Assembly (NCBI GenBank): GCA_034506455.1 | Contig: JAPDPN010000004.1 | Coordinates: 1 to 53,504, forward strand | Direction of reading: 5' to 3' | Origin: Candidatus Zhuqueibacterota bacterium | GTDB lineage: Bacteria; Zhuqueibacterota; Zhuqueibacteria; Residuimicrobiales; Krinioviventaceae | DNA: 53,504 nt | Shown: piece after piece, positions 19,055-28,015 of the stretch | How positions within the stretch are numbered: position 1 is the stretch's first letter | How the letters are laid out: the number at the start of each line of letters is the position of its first letter | Program-made: the position numbers and the translations under genes | Notes under the pieces: generated by a model | Told to the model about the DNA's origin: nothing | Database searches by the model: none | The model's input: the letters and a program-made list of their open reading frames with translations, nothing else

Positions 19055-19957
19055 TCATCCAAGGCCGACGTTCCGACAGCCCAACGCGGCCAGGCGGGCG
19101 ATCCAGCGCGCTGCCGTTTCTTCATCGACGCTTGTCTGTGCAAGCAGCCAGGGTTTGCCGATCTCCTTTGCCTTTGATCTGCCATAGTCATGATAGGGCA
19201 GGACATCGACGGCTTCAATGCATGCGTACTCCCTACACAGCTCGGCAATTCGGCAAAAATGCTCTAGGTTATCGTTGATGCCGGGAATAATCGGACAACG
19301 AAGTCGTACCCTCGCTCCTATAGTCGCTAAACGCTCGAGACCCTCCAAAACCTGAAAAAGGGAAGTTCCGACATGATTTCGGTGTTGCATCTCTTCCGAT
19401 GCTTTGTAATCTAATAAGAAAAGGTCCACAGCATCGGCAGTTTGTTCAAGAGGATCAAGCAGTACTCCGGCCGTTTCAACGGCTGTGCTTATGCCGAGCC
19501 GATGAGCTGAACGAAGCAGCGCTTCGGCAAACTCGGCCTGCATCAGCGGCTCGCCGCCGGAAAGCGTCATGCCGCCGCCGGATTTTTCGTAATAAAGAAA
19601 GTCACGCTTGACAACGTCCATGACTTGTTCAACCGAAAGCTCTTTTCCGATTCGCCGCAATGCTCCGTTTGGGCAAGCCTCTATGCAGGCAAAGCAGCCT
19701 TTACAGCGGTCGACGTCCCAAAGATGCTTTCCCCGAACCGTAATATGAGCCCCATGCGGACATTCGCCAACGCAGGCCAGACAGTGCGAGCACTTGTGCT
19801 CGGCAAATGCTAATTGAGGCGAGGGTGACTGGGATTCGGGGTTGCTGCACCATGTGCAATGCAATGGACAACCTTTGAGAAAAACGGTTGTCCGGATTCC
19901 CGGGCCGTCATGGAGCGAAAATCTTTGGATGTCGAAAACGATGCCTCTTGTGCTCAT
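19055..19957 (-). CDS. glycyl-radical enzyme activating enzyme (radical SAM with two auxiliary 4Fe-4S motifs)
   Basis: Radical-SAM motif CPLHCTWCSNPE, ferredoxin-type motifs CSHCLACVGECP and CKGCFACIEACP, and the GGE motif LSGGEPL. Confidence 0.9.
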   Translation of the reverse strand: MSTRGIVFDIQRFSLHDGPGIRTTVFLKGCPLHCTWCSNPESQSPSPQLAFAEHKCSHCLACVGECPHGAHITVRGKHLWDVDRCKGCFACIEACPNGALRRIGKELSVEQVMDVVKRDFLYYEKSGGGMTLSGGEPLMQAEFAEALLRSAHRLGISTAVETAGVLLDPLEQTADAVDLFLLDYKASEEMQHRNHVGTSLFQVLEGLERLATIGARVRLRCPIIPGINDNLEHFCRIAELCREYACIEAVDVLPYHDYGRSKAKEIGKPWLLAQTSVDEETAARWIARLAALGCRNVGLG

Positions 19958-20101
19958 GAATCAATTTATCGATTTCAATCGTATTTTTCAAACGTGATGA
20001 AGGATTGCCGATTGTGCAAGTTGTTTGCTTTTAATGACGAACATTCATTTCGGCTCTTCCGTTTTTAAGGGTGAATTTTACAATTAAAGGGAGTTTAAAT
20101 T

Positions 20102-22570
20102 ATGAAAACGGCAAAAGTAATCTATAAATTAGCACTGGCGTTAACTCTATTGGGACCCGTCATTACAGAAGCCTCCCCCGCACCGGAAATGCCGGCTCCG
20201 CCAGCAGCGGCAAAAGGGGCGGTAATCAAGGGTGTAATCATGGATTCCTTGTTGGCCGTTCCGATCGAGTATGCCAACGTCGTGCTAATGACCGCAAACG
20301 GCGGACAGCAGGTAGACGGCACGGTCAGTCGCAAAGACGGAACATTTTTGTTGAACAACATCAAGCCGGGCGCCTATGAGCTGCACGTCAAATTCATAGG
20401 CTACTATGAAAAAGTGCTGCCCAACATCCGCGTCGCGCCGAACAGCTCGGAAATCGATCTCGGCAAAATCGAGTTGATGCAGGCCGTGATCATGCTGCAG
20501 GGCGTGGAGGCGACGGCGGAAAAGGCGCCCATTGAATATCAGATCGACAAAAAGGTCATCAACGTCAGCAAGCAGTACACGGCCGCATCGGGGACGGCGA
20601 TTGACGTCCTCGAAAACGTGCCGTCCGTTACGGTTGATCTCGAAGGTAACGTTGCATTGCGGGGCAGCTCGAACTTTCGGCTTCTGATCGACGGCCGGCC
20701 GACGATCATGGAGGCTGCCGACGCGCTGCGGCAGATTCCCGCCAGCAGCATCGAGAACATTGAAATCATCACCAACCCGTCGGCCAAATTTGATCCGGAC
20801 GGCACGGCCGGAATCATCAACTTGGTGCTCAAAAAGAATGCGCTGCAGGGCATTAACGGCATGATCAGCCTTAACGGCGGCATCAACGACCGCTACGGCA
20901 GCGATATTCTGCTCAACCGCCGGACCGGCGGCGTGAACGTCTATCTCGGCGTCAATTATATGCGGCGCTATAATCCGGGCACCATGATCCAGCGCAATCA
21001 GACATTTGCGGCGGACACCGTCTCGTTCGTCAATGCCGACGGCAGCGGAGACCGCAATTTCGGAGGCTACGGGCTGCGCGCCGGTGTGGATTGGGACATC
21101 ACCAAGCAGGACCTGTTTACCCTCGGCATCCGCCTCGGTAACCGCGGCATGAACAACAATCAGACATCGAACTATGCTTCTTGGACAACTCCGGGCCTCG
21201 ATGTGTTTCGATATACAAGCTCAGGAATCGAAAAGCGAGGCGGCATGAGCGGACAGGTCAATTTAAGCTATAAGCACAAATTCGACAATCAAGGACATGA
21301 GCTCACCCTGGAAAGCAATTATGAAAACGAGACGAGCGATGAAGAATCGAGGGATGAGCTGCTGAATGCCCTCGGCGAACTGGAAAGCGGCCGGCGAGCC
21401 ACCGAAAAAGGGCCGCAGAACGATCTGCGTCTTAAGGCAGATTATGTGCGGCCTTTGGGCGGTGCCGCGCGCCTGGAAGCCGGTCTTCAGAGCCGTCTGG
21501 CTCGATCGGAAGAACGTAACGACCTCTACGAATACAGGCCGGCGCTGCGGACGTACATTTATTCGCCGCAATTCAGCTACGCCATGGATTTTACCCACGA
21601 TATTCATGCCGCATATCTGATGTACGCAAACAAGCTGGGGAAACTCGGTTATCAGGCCGGACTGCGCGGTGAATATACCTATCGCATTCTGGCATCCAAG
21701 GACCAGGATGAGCGTTACACCATTAATCGCATGGATTACTTTCCGACTCTGCACTTTTCCTATGAACTGCCGGCCGGTCAACAGGTGATGGCCAGCTATA
21801 CGCGAAGAATCGAACGTCCTCGAGACTTTTTCCTTGAGCCTTTCCTGGTGTGGATGGATGCCTATAACGTGCGAAGGGGCAATCCGTCGCTATTGCCGGA
21901 GTACATCAATTCGTATGAATTCAGCTATCAAAAGAACGTAGGGCGCAACCTTTTCTCGGCTGACGTCTATTATCGTACTACGGAAAACCGTATTGAGCGC
22001 ATCCAGAGCGTTTATGCGGAAAACGTCATGTTGACCACTATGGCCAACATCGGCACCGATGAGATGCTCGGCGGAGAACTCATGCTCAATTTTGATTTGA
22101 AGCGCATGTGGAACGTCAATTTGATGGCAAACATTTTCGACTATACCATCAAGGGCGTCATGCGGGGCGAAAACTTTGAGCGCAGCAGTTTCAACTGGAA
22201 TGTGCGTATGAACAACACGCTGCGATTTTCGCAAACCACCCGCATGCAGGTCAACTTGATGTACAACAGTCCCTCGGTCTCGGCTCAGGGCCGGCGGGAA
22301 GGCTTTTTCATCGCTTCAGCAGCCGTGAGAAAGAGCTTTCTCAATGACAAGTTGGAGGTCATTCTGCAGGTCAACGATTTGTTGCGCACCGGCAAATTCG
22401 AATTCTATGCGCAGGGACCCGATTTTTATCGTTACAATAGCTTCAAGCGCGAAGCACCTATGGTCAGCCTTACGTTGAACTATATTTTGAACAACTTTAA
22501 ACAACAGCGTCAGCAGCGTAATGGAGGAGAGGAGGAAAACGGCTACTCCGGATTCGATATGGTAGAATAA
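20102..22570 (+). CDS. TonB-dependent-receptor-like outer-membrane beta-barrel (CarboxypepD_reg, plug, barrel)
   Basis: It has a signal peptide, a CarboxypepD_reg segment (IKGVIMDS...DGTFLLNNIKPGAYELHVKFIGYYE) and a plug-like segment (AIDVLENVPSVTVDLEGNVALRGSSNFRLLIDGRP), followed by a long alternating beta-strand region. Confidence 0.8.
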   Translation: MKTAKVIYKLALALTLLGPVITEASPAPEMPAPPAAAKGAVIKGVIMDSLLAVPIEYANVVLMTANGGQQVDGTVSRKDGTFLLNNIKPGAYELHVKFIGYYEKVLPNIRVAPNSSEIDLGKIELMQAVIMLQGVEATAEKAPIEYQIDKKVINVSKQYTAASGTAIDVLENVPSVTVDLEGNVALRGSSNFRLLIDGRPTIMEAADALRQIPASSIENIEIITNPSAKFDPDGTAGIINLVLKKNALQGINGMISLNGGINDRYGSDILLNRRTGGVNVYLGVNYMRRYNPGTMIQRNQTFAADTVSFVNADGSGDRNFGGYGLRAGVDWDITKQDLFTLGIRLGNRGMNNNQTSNYASWTTPGLDVFRYTSSGIEKRGGMSGQVNLSYKHKFDNQGHELTLESNYENETSDEESRDELLNALGELESGRRATEKGPQNDLRLKADYVRPLGGAARLEAGLQSRLARSEERNDLYEYRPALRTYIYSPQFSYAMDFTHDIHAAYLMYANKLGKLGYQAGLRGEYTYRILASKDQDERYTINRMDYFPTLHFSYELPAGQQVMASYTRRIERPRDFFLEPFLVWMDAYNVRRGNPSLLPEYINSYEFSYQKNVGRNLFSADVYYRTTENRIERIQSVYAENVMLTTMANIGTDEMLGGELMLNFDLKRMWNVNLMANIFDYTIKGVMRGENFERSSFNWNVRMNNTLRFSQTTRMQVNLMYNSPSVSAQGRREGFFIASAAVRKSFLNDKLEVILQVNDLLRTGKFEFYAQGPDFYRYNSFKREAPMVSLTLNYILNNFKQQRQQRNGGEEENGYSGFDMVE

Positions 22571-22582
22571 ACTCCCAAGACC

Positions 22583-22617
22583 AAAAACGGCGCGTCTTGA
22601 ACGCGCCGTTTTTTTTT
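22583..22617. terminator. bidirectional rho-independent terminator
   Basis: AAAAA, then stem CGGCGCGT (22588..22595), loop CTTGA, stem ACGCGCCG (22601..22608), then T9. It lies between convergent genes. Confidence 0.8.
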
Positions 22618-23734
22618 AAAAGCAGGATCTTTCTTTGGCGGTTTGATAGAGCTTGGGGATTGCGCCGACAAAAGTGGTGTCAAAGAAAACCTGCGGCCGC
22701 AGATTGATCAACTTTTGTATCTGAAAAGCAGTGACATAGGGGTCATCCTTCAAATCGGGAAGTTTTTCCATTTTCAAGCGACAGACTTCGGCTTCAATTA
22801 ATTTCATGACATTGGTATAGTCTGACTGCAGCAAAGGTTTTAGGTTTTTATCTTCGGCCAATTTGGCAGGCTCGAAATAGCGCATACCGACTTCCTGGAC
22901 AAAGCCGTTATAGAGACTGAGGCGGTCCTGCTGAGCTCCCAGAATGACCTTTTCAGGCCCGATGCGTGCGGCCAAAGCCGGCGTTTCCGGGCAGAGCATC
23001 ACCACAAATTCGTTGTAAGGATAGGTTGTTTCGAACGCTTTTTGCCAATAATCGAATATGCGCAAAGCTTCAAACTCTTTTCGATAATCGTTGGTGTCGA
23101 GAGACGAGATCTTTTTCTTGTACTCCTCGCGATATCGCGGCCATAATTCGCGCATGTAGGCATCCCAGATGTCGATGATGCGGATCACGACCTCCTCGCG
23201 TCCGGCATAGGCGGATTTGAGGAGACGGAGAGAAGGCTCGCAATACCATCGCTGCCAATTTTTCGTCTCCGGATAATTGCGGGTAAACACATCCAGCGAG
23301 CCGGTGCCGACAAACTCTTGGATCACTTTGAACTGTCGATGCAGCTCTTCAGGGTTTTCCGGATCGAGATAAGCGGGCATATGGTAGAGGAACTTTTGCA
23401 GCGGCTGGTTGAAGAGCGCTTTGGTCGATCCGCATTCCATCAAAAGAGGCGATAATTGTCTGTACCATGTTTCCATTTTCGGATCGAGGGTGCTGTTCCA
23501 CAAACCAAGCCTGCGCAGGCCATGCCAATAGAGCGCGCTGTAATAACTGAATTGTATTTTGAGAGGAGAAGATTTGTAGCCGGCGACTGAGCGAAGTGTA
23601 AGCGGTTGATTCGGCTTTTGCGCCTCGTGCTTTTTGCCGCAGGAAACCCAAAGCAGCACCAAAAAAGTCAGTCCCAACACTCCGGCGATGCCTGCAAATT
23701 CAACTCTGCTCTTTTTGTCCATGTTCTTTGTCAT
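22616..23734 (-). CDS. hypothetical lipoprotein
   Basis: I recognise no domain. The start is moved to MTKNMDKKSRVEFAGIAGVLGLTFLVLLWVSC (a lipobox-like VSC) at 23734. An alternative start is 23722. The track start at 23848 would overlap the upstream gene. Confidence 0.5.
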   Translation of the reverse strand: MTKNMDKKSRVEFAGIAGVLGLTFLVLLWVSCGKKHEAQKPNQPLTLRSVAGYKSSPLKIQFSYYSALYWHGLRRLGLWNSTLDPKMETWYRQLSPLLMECGSTKALFNQPLQKFLYHMPAYLDPENPEELHRQFKVIQEFVGTGSLDVFTRNYPETKNWQRWYCEPSLRLLKSAYAGREEVVIRIIDIWDAYMRELWPRYREEYKKKISSLDTNDYRKEFEALRIFDYWQKAFETTYPYNEFVVMLCPETPALAARIGPEKVILGAQQDRLSLYNGFVQEVGMRYFEPAKLAEDKNLKPLLQSDYTNVMKLIEAEVCRLKMEKLPDLKDDPYVTAFQIQKLINLRPQVFFDTTFVGAIPKLYQTAKERSCF

Positions 23735-23771
23735 ACGACATTGTCGGGTTTTGGTCGTTACACGAGACGGC

Positions 23772-24512
23772 TCATCGTCCTTCCTGTTTAAGCAGATTGG
23801 TTTTTTTCTTGATCGTACGAAGAACAAGAAAGAGGATGCCGCCGACAATCAGAAGCGTACGCCAGTACTTACCGAGAGTCAGCCTGCGATTGATGTAGGA
23901 ATCGATCATAAGGTTGACGAGGCTAAAGCTGACGACCAAGGAGTAAGCACTTTGGTATTCGTTACGAATGGCTTTCCGCAGAGAAAACGAGAGTTCCGGC
24001 TTGCGCCATTGACTGAAAGTCGGGAAGAAAGAGCGCGTATGGGATGCCCATTCGGTAAATTGTCGGCCGAACTTGCCCCGCAGAAATTCTTCTTCTGCGA
24101 ACATAATCCGCTCATAATAAAGCCAAAAGATCAAAACGATCGTTAGGCTCAACCACCAGGTGCGGAAATATAGAAATAACCCGAACCACATGAGAAAATT
24201 ACCGAGATAGAGCGGATGCCGCACGATCGAGTAAAAGCCTGTGGTGTTGAGAGATTCGGCCACCTGCTTTCCGCGGTTTGTACCGGACGTGCCTGCCGGC
24301 GTAAAGCCGATGGTAAAAAAGCGGATAAGAAGCCCTAAAAACGCGATGGAAGCGCAAACCACCTCCCAAGTTAAATTCTCTTTTTGCGTTTTGCCGGGAT
24401 AATTAAAGAGTGGAAGGCCTGCTAATATCAAAAAGAACAGAAGGGGCGGTAAATAACCGCGCAGTTTGAACAAACGGTTGCCTGTACGGATGAACTCTTC
24501 GTAGAGCGCCAT
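23772..24512 (-). CDS. ICMT/PEMT-like polytopic membrane methyltransferase
   Basis: Signature FYSIVRHPLYLGNFLMWFGLFLYF plus several hydrophobic helices. It is a paralog of the C-terminal half of 1631..2605. Confidence 0.7.
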   Translation of the reverse strand: MALYEEFIRTGNRLFKLRGYLPPLLFFLILAGLPLFNYPGKTQKENLTWEVVCASIAFLGLLIRFFTIGFTPAGTSGTNRGKQVAESLNTTGFYSIVRHPLYLGNFLMWFGLFLYFRTWWLSLTIVLIFWLYYERIMFAEEEFLRGKFGRQFTEWASHTRSFFPTFSQWRKPELSFSLRKAIRNEYQSAYSLVVSFSLVNLMIDSYINRRLTLGKYWRTLLIVGGILFLVLRTIKKKTNLLKQEGR

Positions 24513-24682
24513 AATCCCTCAAGGTTTTTGAATTGTCGTCTGCTTCGGGAACTTGTTTTAATACCATTAATTTAATAAATTGCAACTGAAAATCAATGAG
24601 CTTAGATCAACGATCTGCGAATATTCCTTTTTTGATTTTTGTTTTATAGTTTCCCAAGATGCGCTAGTGAGCGGAGGTTTAT

Positions 24683-27600
24683 ATGAAAGTTCGTTTGAGT
24701 TTTCTTTTCCTGCTCTTGCCGGTGGTTGTTTTTGCGCGCACTGAGCAGAATTCCCTTGCCTGGCAAAAGGCGAGGTTTCAGTCCGAAGTGATTCGGCGAA
24801 TGCAGTTCGGCCAAGAGAATTCGACGACTATAGTATCGAATGCAAAGATTTTAGGCTTTATTCACAACCAAGGCTTCGGAAGCATCAGCGGACGGTTATA
24901 CAACGTAGAGCCTGAAGCTCTGGCAAATGCCTGGGTGGAGGCCTTTTCGGCGGATTTTTCCTCCGATCAGGAAGGTTTTGCCAAGGGACTTTCTTTGGTG
25001 GATAAGTCTGGGAGTTATCGCATCACTGATCTGCCGGAAGGCAACTATTATGTGCTGGCTTATGCAGAAGGATATGAGCCGCTTTTTTATCGAGATGCGG
25101 CGGATATCATTCAAGCCCTGGCGGTAGCGGTTTCGGCTAACCGCGATACCGAGGGTATTGATTTTAACATGCAGCGGGTGCAGGAAGGAAAATCGACCAT
25201 CACCGGACGCGTGACGGATGCAGCATCCGGTAAGAGCATTGCCGGCGCACTAGTCAGCGCTATCGGTGTGGTGAGCGGAGAGAGCGGATGGGCTGAAACC
25301 GATGAGAACGGCAACTATACTTTGACGAAACTTAAAGCAGGCACCTATTATCTCGTCGCGTGGGCTCAAGGATACCTGCAGCAATACTACAACAACAAAA
25401 GCTCCTTTATGGAGGCCGATCAGATTGCCGTAGGCGATTCGGTGGTGCTCAATAATTTCAATTTTCGTCTGCAGCGTGGCGGCTCGATTTCCGGTCGGGT
25501 AACCTATGAAAGCGGCCGTCCTGTCGTTGAAGCATATTTAACTGCCTCACCCGTAGGTACTTTTGACCCCGAGACCGAACCGACTTTCGGCAAGACCATT
25601 ACAGATGAAAACGGCAATTACATCATTGAAGGCCTCCGCAGCGGCGACTATATCGTCGAACTTCAGGCGCGCACTAAATGGCAGTGGTTTACTCTTTGGT
25701 ATAACCAAAAAACGAACTCTGATGAGGCAGACAAGGTGCGGGTTGTGGTCGGTCAAAATACCAACGACATTAATTTCACCGTGCCGATTCAAGAAGCCTC
25801 CGGCAGTATCAGCGGTATTGTAAAAGATACGGAGGGGAATCCGATTTTCGGCGCTTATATCGGCGTGCAATCCGCCGATCCGAATCAATGGATTTATGCT
25901 TATGCCTCGACTGATGAAGAGGGGAGATATCTCGTTGAAGAGCTGCCGGACGGCCGCTATTACGTTTCCGTCGGAGTGCAGAACGGATGGCAATATATCT
26001 ACCGCTGGTGGCCGGGAGTGGAGCGATTCGAGGAAGCTCAGCCCATTTTTGTGAGCAAAACGGCACCGGCAACTGCGGATTTTACGCTGCCGCTGATCGT
26101 CGGCCGATCCTCGATCGCGGGCCGCGTTACGGATACAAACGGGCGCCCGCTGGCCGGCGCAAGTCTTTCCATTATGCCGGCTTCCGGCGACAATCCCGAT
26201 GGAGTAATCAATGCGGTTTGGGCCTGGGCAATGACGGATTCCGAGGGCTATTATCGCGTCAAACAATTGCCTGCCGGCCGCTATCAGATTTACTGCAGCT
26301 ATTGGGAAGAGCAAAAATTCGGGGAACAATGGTGGAACCATAAGGACAGCCAGGAGAAAGCAGATGTTCTGGTATTGGGAGCCGAAGAGGAACGGAACGG
26401 AATCGACTTTACTTTGACCGTAAAACCTGTCTTTGGCGCAATTGTCGGTGCCGTTTTTGATTCACTCACCGGCATGCCGGTGCAAAGAGCGCTTGTGCAA
26501 ATTACCGCTGCCCCAAGGGACGGGTTAGGGAGCAACAATATTGCGGCTGCATATCGCTTTTATTGGCGACGCATGGCGGCCATTACCGATGAAAACGGTC
26601 GTTTTGCCGTCGATTGGCTCTATGAGGGCGACTATTATGTTTCGGTCTATGCAAACGGAGCTTTTGAGTATTTTGAAAATGCACCGGTCATCGAGTTGGC
26701 CAAGCGGGTTAAAGTGAACGGCGGTGAAAAAAGCGAAATTGCCGTCAAAATTGCGCCCAGACGCGATGGAAAAGGCATGATCAGAGGGCGTGTTCTGATG
26801 GAGGGAACGCAGACCCCGTTCGAGATTGCCGTTGTAACCGCTCAACCGGCCATTCGCGCCCAGGTATGGCCGCAGTCGGAAATGTTCTATACCGCGGTTG
26901 CCGATACCAACGGGTACTTTGTATTGACAGGACTTCCGGAAAATACAGAGTTTCTAATCTACGCTTTTTCGATGTGGACGGTAGGGGAGTACTATAACAA
27001 TGCCTACGACCCCGAAGAGGCGACGTTGGTGCGTTCCGGCTATCCGAATGCAACTGTGCTCAAGGACATCGAATTGCCCGTATATCGGTGGTTGTGGAAT
27101 GGTCCCGAAGACGGCGGCAAAGGCGTGATGACCGGACAGGTGGTCGGCCGTGTGACGGACGGCGACGGCGAACCGATTGCAGGGGCGCGGATTATCGCAT
27201 TTAACGAAAGCCGCCAGCCTGTTGCGGATGCTCTCACCGACAGCCAAGGCAACTATGAATTAAGCGGCCTGCCGTTCGGCAATTACATTTTGCGGGCGGG
27301 ACGTTTTGGATATAAATCGGTCTTTAATAACAACGCAGAATCTTTCGAAGACGCCAAACCGATCACTCTGGGAGCCAATCGAATACAAGTGGATTTCGTT
27401 CTCACTCTCAAAACGGAGGTTGTCGAAGAGAAAGAATCTGCTCCCACCAAGTTCGAGCTGTTGGGCAATTATCCCAATCCCTTCAACCCGGAGACCGTTA
27501 TCGTTTTCCGGGTGCCGAGCCGGAGCCGCGTATCGTTGAACGTTTTCAACCTTTCCGGCAAAAAGGTGGCCGCGCTGGTCGACGAACCGCTTGAGGCCGG

Positions 27601-27724
27601 CCGTTATGAAATCAAATGGAACGGTCGAGACGATACCGGCAAATTGGTAGGCAGCGGCGTTTATATCTACTCTCTCCAAGTCGACGATGTGATCAAATCC
27701 GGCAAAATGGTGTTGATCCGCTGA
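24683..27724 (+). CDS. secreted protein with about 8 tandem CarboxypepD_reg-like repeats and a T9SS C-terminal sorting domain
   Basis: Signal peptide MKVRLSFLFLLLPVVVFA. The repeated module is I.GRV.D..G.P...A...//TD..G.Y....LP.G.Y.....A.GY. The C-terminus reads FELLGNYPNPFNPETVIVFRVP...GVYIYSLQ...SGKMVLIR. Confidence 0.8.
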   Translation: MKVRLSFLFLLLPVVVFARTEQNSLAWQKARFQSEVIRRMQFGQENSTTIVSNAKILGFIHNQGFGSISGRLYNVEPEALANAWVEAFSADFSSDQEGFAKGLSLVDKSGSYRITDLPEGNYYVLAYAEGYEPLFYRDAADIIQALAVAVSANRDTEGIDFNMQRVQEGKSTITGRVTDAASGKSIAGALVSAIGVVSGESGWAETDENGNYTLTKLKAGTYYLVAWAQGYLQQYYNNKSSFMEADQIAVGDSVVLNNFNFRLQRGGSISGRVTYESGRPVVEAYLTASPVGTFDPETEPTFGKTITDENGNYIIEGLRSGDYIVELQARTKWQWFTLWYNQKTNSDEADKVRVVVGQNTNDINFTVPIQEASGSISGIVKDTEGNPIFGAYIGVQSADPNQWIYAYASTDEEGRYLVEELPDGRYYVSVGVQNGWQYIYRWWPGVERFEEAQPIFVSKTAPATADFTLPLIVGRSSIAGRVTDTNGRPLAGASLSIMPASGDNPDGVINAVWAWAMTDSEGYYRVKQLPAGRYQIYCSYWEEQKFGEQWWNHKDSQEKADVLVLGAEEERNGIDFTLTVKPVFGAIVGAVFDSLTGMPVQRALVQITAAPRDGLGSNNIAAAYRFYWRRMAAITDENGRFAVDWLYEGDYYVSVYANGAFEYFENAPVIELAKRVKVNGGEKSEIAVKIAPRRDGKGMIRGRVLMEGTQTPFEIAVVTAQPAIRAQVWPQSEMFYTAVADTNGYFVLTGLPENTEFLIYAFSMWTVGEYYNNAYDPEEATLVRSGYPNATVLKDIELPVYRWLWNGPEDGGKGVMTGQVVGRVTDGDGEPIAGARIIAFNESRQPVADALTDSQGNYELSGLPFGNYILRAGRFGYKSVFNNNAESFEDAKPITLGANRIQVDFVLTLKTEVVEEKESAPTKFELLGNYPNPFNPETVIVFRVPSRSRVSLNVFNLSGKKVAALVDEPLEAGRYEIKWNGRDDTGKLVGSGVYIYSLQVDDVIKSGKMVLIR

Positions 27725-27726
27725 CC

Positions 27727-27765
27727 AAAAGCTCCGAGGCGCTTAGGCCTCGGAGCTTTTTTTTT
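27727..27765 (+). terminator. rho-independent terminator
   Basis: Stem GCTCCGAGGC (27731..27740), loop GCTTAG, stem GCCTCGGAGC (27747..27756), then T9. It begins 3 nt after the stop. Confidence 0.85.
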
Positions 27766-27879
27766 CGACAGACATTTCTCCTTCACTGTCTCCGATAAAA
27801 TCCGATAGCCTTCCTTTGCGTTCTATTCTATTGCTGCCCTAATCATATTTTGGGTTTTACCGCAATTAATATTTTCAGA

Positions 27880-27908
27880 TTGACAATTTATGAAAAATGA
27901 CATAAAAT
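27880..27908 (+). promoter_or_regulatory. candidate sigma-70 promoter (TTGACA-17-TAAAAT)
   Basis: TTGACA at 27880..27885 and TAAAAT at 27903..27908, about 110 nt upstream of the 28016 start. Confidence 0.4.
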
Positions 27909-28015
27909 ATAATCGACTTATTTTACAAATTCATGGACTGCAAGAGATACAACCGCTTGAGCCGACTATCGCCCTCTTTTAAGACCTTAAATCAAAAATC
28001 TAAGGAGGTAAGATT

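Noticed and set aside
16730-19248. N-terminal extensions of the M64 peptidase (to 16918) and of the GRE (to 19248) given by the ORF track
   Set aside because: The extensions overlap the upstream genes and translate to Arg/Pro-rich nonsense. Internal ATGs give a signal peptide with an RBS (16729) and a non-overlapping start (18993).
19958-20101. Search for an FNR/CRP-type TTGAT-N4-ATCAA box in the GRE/OMP divergent promoter region
   Set aside because: Only reversed or partial half-sites (ATCAATTTATCGAT) are present, with no convincing match. Anaerobic regulation cannot be inferred from the sequence.
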